A stretch of DNA of 64,000 bases. It comes from Phoronis australis (lineage: Eukaryota > Animalia > Phoronida). The notes beneath the pieces are model-generated. The model made no database searches. It had not been told where the DNA came from and saw only the letters and a list, made by a program, of their open reading frames with translations. How positions within the stretch are numbered: the first letter of the stretch is position 1; each line of letters starts with the position of its first letter. Location: the NCBI GenBank assembly GCA_002633005.1, contig NMRA01000376.1, positions 87,414-151,413 of the forward strand. Direction: 5' to 3'. Both the position numbers and the translations under genes were made by a program. Positions 39,946 to 50,720 of the stretch are shown here, piece after piece.

Positions 39946-41178
39946 CACACACTAATCGTTTGGGCTAGGACCAAAATATTAATCTCAAAAATGTTATGGA
40001 AGTAGTTTCTGATCTTGGGAAGAACTCTCGAATTTAAGCATTTTAGATGTAAATCTACACGTAACGCAGGCCCCAAGCTTAAGTGTGAACAAATTTGTGA
40101 CTTGGTACAAGTGCTGTTTGTGAACTGCACGCCCAGAATTGAGCGATGACACTTGGGACTTCTAACAGCTGGTTCACGACTCTTGGAAATTTACCCACTA
40201 TTATATGTTGTGCGCCCAGCAGAATTAAGCAGAATACTGGCTGTGGACTGCTTTCAAGTTTAAGGTTATAAAAGTCATATCTCATGTCGGGTTTTCAAAA
40301 TTCAAAAACCTAACCGTGTGTACGTTTCACGCACTATTAAAATAACTACTACTTAAAATCTTTGAAATTGAAAGTTTAAAAAATACTTAATTGTCAACTC
40401 TCCAGTGTTTGCAACCATGTCTACTTAAATTAATCTCCACAGAACGACAACATCATCTAAAAGCCGGATGTGTTTTTGAAGAAGGTGGCGGATATTAAAG
40501 TTAGCGAACCGACAGAGTTGCCCAAACTCGATGGGTGATGGTGTCAGCGTAGAATGCTTNTTCTGACACACTAATCGTTTGTCTAGGACCAAAATATTAA
40601 TCTCAAAAATGTTATGGAAGTAGTTTCTGAGCTTGGGAAGAACTCTCGAATTTAAGCATTTTAGATGTAAATCTACACGTATCGCAGGCCCCAAGCTTAA
40701 GTGTGAACAAATTTGTGACTTGGTACAAGTGCTGTTTGTGAACTGCACGCCCAGAATTTAGCGATGACACTTGTGACTTCTAACAGCTGTTTCACGACTC
40801 TTGGAAATTTACCCACTATGTTGTGCGCCCAGCAGAATTAAGCAGAATACTGGCTGTGGACTGCTTTCAAGTTTAAGGTTATAAAAGTCATATTTCATGT
40901 CGGGTTTTCAAAATTCAAAAACCTAACCGTGTGTACGTTTCACGCACTATTAAAATAACTACTACTTAAAATCTTTGAAATTGAAAGTTTAAAAAATACT
41001 TAATTGTCAACTCTCCAGTGTTTGCAACCATGTCTACTTAAATTAATCTCCACAGAACGACAACATCATCTAAAAGCCGGATGTGTTTTTTTGAAGAAGG
41101 TGGCGGATATTAAAGTTAGTGAACCGACAGAGTTGTCCAAACTCGATGAGTGATGGTGTCAGCGTAGAATTCTTTTCA
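39946..41178. repeat. ~620-bp near-identical tandem duplication
   Basis: 39946-40564 repeated at 40567-41178 with few differences; an N at 40560 sits at the junction. Confidence 0.9.
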
Positions 41179-41299
41179 TGTGGTACAACAAGTACAAATG
41201 CGACAAAACGCAGCTGGGTATTCAGAAAATGAAATATTTTGCTCACAAAAAGTACGATATTCCGCAAAAAAAGAATAGGCTTACAACGACTGAACGTTC

Positions 41300-42450
41300 T
41301 TAAATATGATCAAAATAATGCTCCTTGACAGCACCACAAAACGTTTCCACAATGTTGACGTCATCGCCAGCATTTGCGATAGCCTTGCAAAGACCATCAA
41401 AGACTTCCATGTCGTAACGTTCTGCCGCCGGAATGTTATTACGTGTGGTAGTCTTTGAAAATACTATGTACATAATCCAAGCAAAGACGACACCAAATCC
41501 CGCCCGTTTCCGGAAATGCTTGAGTAGTAACTCGTATGTGAAGCAATCCGGGACTGCCAGATCTACCATGTTGAGAACGCTGACAAATTTGGCGTAGTAA
41601 TCTCGCAGAACTTTCTCCAGATATTGCCTACGAAACGCCTCAGTCGTGCTCGTATAGATCATGGTAACAAGATCAACGGCAGGCGACCCCACTGTGACGA
41701 TTTGTAAGTCGATGAATTTAAAATCGGTTACAACCTTCCTACCTGTCTCAAGATTCACGTATTTAAACATCATGTTACCAGGTTTAAAATCTCGGTGACA
41801 CATCACGTTGAACGTGGAATCTGGGGCAAAAGCTGTCTCAAACAGTTTAGATAGGTCCATTGACTGGAGCTTTTCGAGTTCAAAACGTGCATCGTTGTCG
41901 CTGATTTTCAGTCGGACAACGTTGAGGCAAACGTCTAAGGCAAACTTGGCGGCTGCTTTGAATATTCTTATCATAGGTCCAGGCGCGTATCTCTCCAGGA
42001 AGAGAGCCTCGTATTCAGTTCTCAGATTTTCAACCGAGCCCTGACCTAACGCTAAAGATAGTGCGTGGAACGTGGCCATTCCTTCGACGGCAAGTTTGCA
42101 ATGATCGTAATCCAGTTTGTCGTCGAACGTGGTCACACAGAATCCTTGCGTAGAAAGGTCTTCCAGTAACAGGAATTTGATTCCATGAGCTCGTTCACTT
42201 TTCATAAGCGACGGAGCAGGAACGCTAACTAGAGCTCCTTGTCTATTCGAAATTCTTTCCATCGCACGTATGAGCTTATCGTACGAAATTTCTTCTTTTT
42301 GGAAAAGCATTAATTCGTCTTCCATTGCTTCATCCATATGACAGTCGTCTCTTTGAACAACGACTTTGAGAATCATTGAGCACTGTCTGATGTCGTCTGC
42401 TGTTGAGACAGTTGCGGTGACACCCCGCACTTTAGTGATGACGTCTTGCT
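41300..42450 (-). CDS. EcKL/CHK-like kinase catalytic exon C (intact; 425 aa if joined to exon 45519-45645)
   Basis: acceptor ccattttcag/ phase 1; ILK, LFQKE, LEDLSTQGF, MATFHALS, MCHRDFKPGNMMF, FIDLQ, GSPAVDL. Confidence 0.92.
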
Positions 42451-42787
42451 CTGAAAATGGTTCAGTGAAACGCTGTACGGAACACTCATTTCCTAAAGAT
42501 AAATCTAAATCTTAAGTGTGCAATGAAGCGCACTTTATCGGTAGCCATTTAAAATCGCCAACCTTTTCAGATTTGAAATGTCAGGCAACCCTGTTTTCCT
42601 TTTCTCCAACACTATTACATTTAGAACATCACTTTGAGACGGCATTTTAGTGCGAGAGTTCTTTGCAATTCAAGGTACCATTCGCACGATGGTTGCGCCG
42701 GATCAAGGTTATTCGAGGCCCCAGAACGTGTGAGGGCGGGGGATCTAATCTAAGGCGGCTCGACTATAATCTCGTCTGTGGATAGAA

Positions 42788-43675
42788 ACTAGAGGTCGGC
42801 ATTCTTGGCTTTCTACGTCACAGTACTGATCTGCAATTTCAGAGATACAGCCGTAGACGCAAAAAAGCAAAACTGCCCCTAGGAGGCGCTAGAATAGCCC
42901 AAAATAGCNATCAGGAACACAGCCGTCAAATTTCATGATGATCCTTTGGGTGGTTTGACAGATAGAGAGGCAGTACAGTGATTTTAAATGGCCACCAGGC
43001 AGCGCAGAAAGCATCAATTCTGGGAAGGCGTTTCCGTCACTTTAATAGAAACCTGTTTGCCGAATTTCATGAACATGCATTAATGAACGCCGAAGATACA
43101 GAGGCAAATGTAAAAAAAAAACATTTTGCTATCAGGGGGCAAGTGGTATTTGGATCAGTTCGACACTTGTTACCGTTTGTCGTCGGCTCCATGATCAGGA
43201 CACGTCTTTCAAAGTTTTAGGCCGCAGACGCAAAAAAAACAAAATCATCACTTGAGGGCGACACAGAAGTCGATCTTGTTTAAAAATCAACATCAGTCGT
43301 GGCCTTCTCATCAGAAACACATCTGTAATTTTTCATAATGATCCTTTGAGCGTTATGGCAGATAGAAACTGACTCAAAATAACAAAAATTGGCCACAAGA
43401 TGGGGTAAAAACCGTCCGAAAATGGAATGGCATCATCACATTCTTATTAAAAACCAAATTGCCGAATTTCATGAAAATCCATCAAGGTACTCCGAAGATA
43501 CAGAGGCGGTATTCGGTCCGAAACTCGTCGTCAGCCGCATAGGACTACTCTTGCTACATTTCAATAAGATCCTGCCAGGTGTTTAGGAGATATAGCTGCG
43601 GACGACGAACGTCGGACGCCAAGACAGAGACGAAGACAATATGCTCTCAGATGTAAATATGTGGGCGCATAGAAA
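42788..43675. repeat. Probable interspersed repeat with internal degenerate subrepeats
   Basis: recurrent aatttcatga..atcc, gaagatacagaggc and gcc(g)cagacgcaaaaaa blocks; non-coding. Confidence 0.45.
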
Positions 43676-43789
43676 TGACTGCTCTAATTTCAGTAGACTC
43701 TACACAAGGTTTTTGGAGTCTTTGGTCCAGTATACTTTTCATATTTTCAGGTTTTTTGCGTCCTGTGGAAAAGATTTTGGGAACCAACA

Positions 43790-44078
43790 CAGGGTTGGAT
43801 CCAGGATTTTGAGTTAGGGGGAGGGGGTCAGAGCACAGGAATAACCAGAATTTCGGCAGATGCGAGCGCCTAGCCTAAAACGTAGGGATGCAGGGGTTTC
43901 GAATATTTAGGTTTGTGGACCTTTTGACTAAAAAAAAAAACGGTAAATGGGGTTTGTTCAGGGCCTATGCATTGTTTATTCAATCTCGAGCCCCTCTGGT
44001 TGCACACATGTGCTAGTCAGTAATTCGCGCCCGAACTGCCACATGGTATCCCTCCCCCCCCCCCTAAATCCGCCACTG
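43790..44078. mobile_element. CAG..CTG MITE family copy (inverted), 5-bp TSD caaca
   Basis: reverse complement of 39587-39895; caaca at 43785-43789 and 44079-44083. Confidence 0.85.
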
Positions 44079-45518
44079 CAACACGAACTGGTTTTCCAAG
44101 CCCAATATGGGCAAAAACTGTTGAGCGCCACCAAAATCATGTCCCATTGTATGTCTTGTCTGCATTTGATTGACTTCGCCGGTTCCGCCGGGTCAACTAA
44201 TAAGACTTTTGTTTGGTCTGTAATCCAAAATTCGCCATCTAGAATCAACCAGCTGCCTTAGCTAGTAATTGACTGGGCAGAACCGGTGAGTGATAAAGTG
44301 CAACCAGTCACTGAGCCTGTCGAATTAGGCCTGTGTGGATAGAGTGTGACATGCAGATGGAGAAATTGACCTACATGTAGTAGGCATGCATGTGTGAACA
44401 GAACGCCGAGTCTACGAACGCAGTAAGTAAAATGCCCTTACTGCAACAAACTGCTTTTTTCAAGGACACTGGGAAGAATGTTGATCAAATCATTAAACGC
44501 GATTCTGAAGAGACTCTACCGCGAGCCATACACATGTATCAGCAATTTCATAGTGGTCATGAAGAATACAACAGCCAGTGTTGGCTGTGTCCTTACTCCA
44601 GATTCAGTTACGATTAGAAGTCATATTTGCGTGGCTACGTTTACGAAAGTGAAGTTTCGGAATAAATGCGCGTTTAAATCCGATTGCATCAGCACGTCTA
44701 TATCCGAAATCATGCATTTTTTTTAAAAAATCGTAACTCAAGTGTTTTGTAAACGCACAAGCCCCTAAATTCAAGTGAGGTCCAATCCTCTCATACTAGT
44801 CGCATGTCTATAAGTGCCGTGAGTGTTGACTTGTTGCACGTTTTTGTTCGTTCTTAGTAGTTTCAAGTTAACTTGAATACACGTCCTCCACAACATGTCA
44901 AATTTCGATCAAATAATGTTTCACAGGTATCAAGCGAATAAGCCTAATTGTTGAAATAAGCGCAACTTCAATAAATGCGAATATGCCGGTGGTAGACACA
45001 TTAGAGGCTATTGCTCTGGTAAGCGGCCACACGAGCGAATACCCAACATCCTCGGTGTATCAAATTTATCCAATGCAAAAACTTTACCCGCCATATTCTG
45101 GTGTTAACAACATCAACATTTGTTCACATGCGCCATATTTCCGTTCCAAAAGATCGACATTATGTTCTCTTTACTTGCTGGCGATGACATTCAGTTGGTT
45201 TTTAATAAATCGTCTGATATTCTCTGAAAGCAATGCTGCCTTGACGTCTGAAACAAGCCCGCGGTCGTGACCGGCAACATGGTGGGCGTTAATAACGACC
45301 TGTCAGTTAATCTTAGCTTAGAACTTACTTCTTATCGAGTAAGGAACAATAACGAACAAGGAGATCGACGTGATAACAATATGCAGCATAAATCAAAAGT
45401 TGATTTTTGACAATGGGCTCGGGTTTAGTGCACGTTAAGTAACGTGTCCAAGGACAAGAATAGACCGAGCTGATAGGTCTAATAAGCAGTGCTTGTTTTA
45501 TTACACAGGGTAACATAC

Positions 45519-45645
45519 CAGCTGGTCTCAAACGTCGGAGTGTAAAATCGATGACTCGGAGATCATCTTTCGATTCGTAACGCCTCAGAATGTCTGTTAG
45601 GAAATCCTTTGTAACGAACGGGCAATCTTCGTTCGGCACGGCCAT
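45519..45645 (-). CDS. EcKL N-terminal exon (MAVPNEDCPFVTKDFLTDILRRYESKDDLRVIDFTLRRLRPA-G)
   Basis: 127 nt ending in phase-1 donor G/gtatgt; resembles the EcKL N-terminal FL..ILR......L.V..F...A..GE pattern; acceptor ctgcag one base before the ATG implies an upstream non-coding exon. Confidence 0.82.
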
Positions 45646-46165
45646 CCTGCAGAGACAAACAGATGTTGGTCGTAACGTGAGTTAGGAGCTGAACTGCAGT
45701 TGTGTAGTGAAATGGTGTGACCTGTTATCTCGCGTTTCTCGTCGTCGTGCTTGCTATCGTTGTGAGGTCATGGCTGATTTTCTGGGTCATGTCCAGCCAC
45801 CAGGTGGCGAGACCGTCTGGTGCACGTCGTGGCCGGCTCCGTCGCAGTACTGCCAACAGCGTTTTCAAATACCCGCTGGCCCATGGCCAATAGATTTGCG
45901 GCCCGGCCAGTAAACTTTCACATTCACTGTGTAGGCCTTATGTGGATGTGGTCTCAAATTCATGCAGTTTTCCTCAACAACAATAACCTCAGACTCTACA
46001 TGACTCCCAGCAATATCTAGCCCAAAGCCGATGTATCTTTAACTTTCCAAAACTTTGGGTGTAATGAATTACGGCCCTTAAGTTAGAACGTTTCCCTAGG
46101 TGCTGAAGTCATCGTTACATTATTATCTTGAGCCAAGTGTTATATTTCTCCGTAAGGACACAACC

Positions 46166-46353
46166 CAGTGCAGAATTTAGAGGGGGACCAAGGGGGCCAT
46201 GCNNNNNNNNNNNNNNNNNNNNNNNNNNNNNNNNNNNNNNNNNNNNNNNNNNNNNNNNNNNNNNNNNNNNNNNNNNNNNNNNNNNNNNNNNNNNNNNNNN
46301 NNNNNNNNNNNNNNNNNNNNNNNNNNNNNNNNNNNNNCCTGGACCCGCCCCTG
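46166..46353. mobile_element. CAG..CTG MITE family copy spanning an assembly gap (N 46203-46337)
   Basis: cagtgcagaatttagagggg...ggacccgcccctg; flanks caacc / caaca. Confidence 0.7.
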
Positions 46354-47035
46354 CAACATTTGCATGTGGTCATTTATTACCCATCAGTATAGGGGCAGCT
46401 GGGGACTTTAGATGTAATTGACCTGTGATTCTGAGTGTTTTCGGTATTACGTGATAGTTTATTCGTTAACTGCCATCAACAACATTTTTGGTGTCTCGTA
46501 TAACGCGTCCAGATATCAAGATTGTAAATTTGCAAGTGACGTGAACGCAACGACCGACGCTCGTCGTGCCGGTCATACAGGTATCAATACCGCCTTTTCA
46601 CGAAAGGCGTCGGTCCTGTCGCATGGCGACTAATAATACACACTAGTGTTGGCTTACGTAGTACTGATCAACAGTGTTCAAAAACCTGTCATAGTGTACA
46701 TCCATGTGGCGGGATCTACAACAGACAGCGACGTCTACATCAGTCATTGACTGAATGAAAAGACAAAAATTCGGTTAAATCTTTTAACAATCGCTTTGTT
46801 CCTTTATCTGCCAAATTTCCTGTCAGTTTAGTAAGATTTAGCAAAGTGGACGTTAGCGTCTATCTGGACGTTCAGTTTTTGAGTGAGCTACGAATAAATT
46901 CCAAGAACTTAGCTGATACGCCCAGCTTGTCAATAATCTTTTGGACTTCGCGACATCGCGCGAGTTGACGACGTATGGCATATCATTTTTGATTCTAAAA
47001 TACTCGTTCGTCGACGTTTGAACCTTGGTTAGCAC

Positions 47036-47118
47036 CACAGGCGCTTGGGTTTATCGCAAATGACGTCACAATATATATATATGAGTGACGTCATTTGCGA
47101 TAAACCCAAGCGCCTGTG
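47036..47118. mobile_element. 83-bp palindromic micro-MITE with 8-bp TSD
   Basis: perfect 34-bp arms, 15-bp AT spacer, gttagcac at 47028-47035 and 47119-47126. Confidence 0.9.
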
Positions 47119-49921
47119 GTTAGCACTAAAAAATTCTGTAAAGCCTCAAATAACTCACATGACGCAACAAGTGTTGCGCTAAAAAATGCTAATGATATAG
47201 TAAAAAGTAAGAGATATCATTTCTTTTACTATCTTAACATTACATTTGAAGTTTTTTTAAACCCGCCTTGCGACGTTACAAAAATAATTTTTGATTTATA
47301 CCACTTACCGTTATGAAATTATTTTCGAATTGTTCCTTCATCAAAAGTGTGAATTTTGGGCTTGGAATGAGCTGACAACTGCTTCTTCAAATAATGACGT
47401 CATTTCAAGTCATCCGCCGACCTTGGTCTAGAGAAGTCACTGGCTGTCATGCAATCCTTTGCAAGACCAAAAAATAACTTTCCATTTTAGTAAACAAACA
47501 AGTTGAATCAATTTTATAGCAGTAAATAGTCTAAAGCAGTATTTAGCTTTTTCAACGGAACGGGGTAAGGGGCGCTTTAAAATCTTGCGGGCAGATTTTT
47601 TGAGACTCTCAGGTGATGTCATTGCAACTTACTAGTTTGAGTTAATGTGCCCATTTTCTTGTTACTGAAGCTACACGTATTTGATTGCGTTGACACTGGC
47701 GGACATTCAGTGGGGATTACCCACATTCTCTTGCCGCTACATTAGTCCTCGTTCGTGTTATTTAAACAAAGCTATAAAAATACGCCTGGCTTATTGAAAA
47801 ATGTTTTTCATAACACTGACAACATTGACAGAATACCGTACTCATTACACATGACAGTCACATTGTGGACTCATAAAGCGGCTATAAACCAGACTTTCAT
47901 CTTAAAAATCAACAGATTTAGACCACTTATCATCAGAAAGTTTGCCTCTAATTGTTCCTGTAGGGACGATTTTAGGCCTTCGAAAGAACTGGCTGTTCGT
48001 TGTTGATTGACAACAAAAGTTGTCTTGTGACTTTATGCGCCAAGTATGGTTTTTACGAATAACGAACCTGTCCGTTCTTCGCAAACTCGAAATCGTTTCT
48101 CATCTGAGTAAGGCAGAAGTTGCTGAGATTAATTTTATAACTGTATGTGGCCTAAAGCAATAGTAGATCATTTCTTGGACAGAACGCGAGCTTATAGTCA
48201 CTTAAAGTGCTTTGTACTTCCGCAATAGAATCGTTTTTCTTTTTAACAATTTCAAAGTGTTTCTAAAAAATGTAGTTCCACATCTATGATATAATTAAGG
48301 TTCAAAGCAGAGTACATTCATTAAACGTCTTGCATCCTGATGCCACGTTGACAGGCTGCGTGTAGGGTATGAAAACCGAACTATACCACGGGGTGGAAAC
48401 GATTCTATATATAGCTACTTATTCAATGACTTTGGTTTCGTGGGATATAAACTCCCCTTTGAAAGCATTACCAAAATACAAATAATACTACCGGCGCAAC
48501 AAAATCTAGATCCGCCGCCGAAAATCGATGTAACTCATCCGAAGAGTATATATTTGTGCCGGAATACGAGTCCTCTATGCCTGAATCCAGAAAGACGTGC
48601 AGACTATCCTCAGCTCGGTAAGCTGGCAGTTGATTCAGACAGATGCTATGCATACTTGCTTACTCGAGCTTATGATAAAATGAAGTGATCTCGAAATATA
48701 TATATACTGCTCGTGCTGCTTAAGATGTCCGCTATTCATAACCTTTTGTGCATAAGACAAATTATGCTATTTCCCATAACAAGGCCAATTTTTCGTGGCC
48801 GGAACGGAATCAGATGTAACCACGTTCCAGCCTCCAGCGCGCAGTCGGCTTTGTACAAGCCAAAATACAGTCATTGACTGCATATTTCTAAATTCAAGTG
48901 CGGCATCAGTGGTGCGCATTTACTACCGAATAACACCAGTGCATAGTGTACGTGGACAGTGAGAGAATAAATATGTTGCCGTTACCCAGCGGACATCTCC
49001 ATGCAGTTAAAACTAAAAGATAGTTATTGAGATGACGTGACCAATCTGTGCCCTTGTTGGCAAGCCAAGTTTCGTTGCTACGTTACTCGACCAATCACGA
49101 GCCAGAATTGCTCAAAACAGTCTGATATCTCCTATGGTGTCTTAGATCAGTCGTGCTAACAATTTATGACAATTCATTGCACAAACACCTCTTTCACATG
49201 TGCCACAACCGGATGAGCGTATACGCAGTCGCGGACTTGAAGGCACACTGTTTCTCAGTTCCTTGTCAGTCTGAAGAATTCCTATAAGCACGATAAATGA
49301 AATGAATATTTGTGTTCAGCCTATTTGTAAGCAAACGATCGTAAAAATGTCATCGTTTTTTGGTTTGCCTGTGTGATGAAATGTTCATGTTGCACAATTT
49401 TATTGTTACCACCAAGGGACAAACAAATCCTTATTTTGAACAGATTTTCGTTATCACAACATCTCACGTTATCATGACCCATCTCTGCAGAGTATGTAGC
49501 ACAAAAGTTGAGGAAATTGCTGTGGCGTCGCACAATTTTAGTTCAGACATTTGTTGTATTTAGGCATTTATGTGTGAAACATTTCCCTGATAACTGTTGA
49601 GTACATTTCACTTGATGTCCAACAAATGAAAAGTATCTGTTCTAATGGAAAGGTTGTTAAGTGCAATACATTGATAACTGACGTGTTTCCTAGGACACCA
49701 GATGCAGACCTATGGTAAATACAGGATGGGCCCTACCAAGCACTTGAACATAGCTCGTGTTCATTTGCATATTTACCTGCATGTCACCAGTTTTTTATTT
49801 CTAAAAATAGAACAAAAACAAATTGATGCAGAAAGTGTGAAATATTGATTTCCATTATCATTCATAAGTATGACAATCGCTAAGTCTCCTATAATTACAA
49901 GTTAAAGAACACTCAGTTTGA

Positions 49922-50525
49922 ATGTACATCGACCTATATCAACGTTTAAATATGTACTGCATGCACATCGACTGATATCTACGTTTAAATATGTACTGCA
50001 TGCATATCGACCTATATCAACGTTTAAATTTCTACTGCATGCATATCGACTGACATCTACGTTTAAATATGTACTGCATGCATATCGACTGATATTTACG
50101 TTGAAATATGTACTGCATGCATATCGACTGATATCTACGTTTAAATAATGTACAGCATGCACATCGACTGATATCTACGTTTAAATATGTACTGCATGCA
50201 TATCGACTGATATCTACGTTTAAATAATGTACAGCATGCACATCGACTGATATATACGTTTAAATATGTACTGCATGTATATCGACTGATATCTACGTTT
50301 AAATATGTACTGCATGCATATCGACTGATATTTACGTTTTAAAATGCATTGGATACATTTCAACTTATATCTAAGTTTTAAAGATGTACTGCATGCATGT
50401 CTACCTATATCTACGTTTTAAATCTGTATTACAGGCATATCGACCTATATTTACGTTTAAAAGATTACTGCATGCACATTGACTTATATTTACGTAATAA
50501 AGATGTACTGCATGCATATCAACCT
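49922..50525. repeat. 39-40-bp minisatellite, ~15 units, degenerating rightwards
   Basis: unit atcgactgatatctacgtttaaatatgtactgcatgcat. Confidence 0.95.
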
Positions 50526-50720
50526 GTGTCCATGTTTTGCTGGGCGCAAAACTGACCAAATGGGCCAAGCTAAGAGACTCAGATATACTGATGTCTCGAA
50601 CAAATAGCAATTTTCGGTCTTCCAAGCGCAGCTGAAATCACCTCCAATCTGAGTACGGTAACTGTTTTATAAGGGTAAAACGAAATTCGTTTTTTGGCAG
50701 AAGGCGGTTTTCAACAGCTT

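Noticed and set aside
38065-42044. Plus-strand ORFs 38065..38601, 38750..38956, 41808..42044 and similar
   Set aside because: Antisense shadows of the kinase exons
45174-45247. Possible extra kinase exon (DVKAALLSENIRRFIKNQLNVIAS)
   Set aside because: Weak donor leaving phase 2, incompatible with the phase-1 catalytic exons; the direct exon join already gives a normal EcKL N-terminus
46128-46421. ORFs containing X runs
   Set aside because: Artefacts of the N gap
49902-50625. Repetitive ORFs (YACSTYLNVDISR)n on both strands, and a CRISPR-like look
   Set aside because: By-product of a 39-bp (multiple of 3) minisatellite; no unique spacers, no cas genes, eukaryotic context
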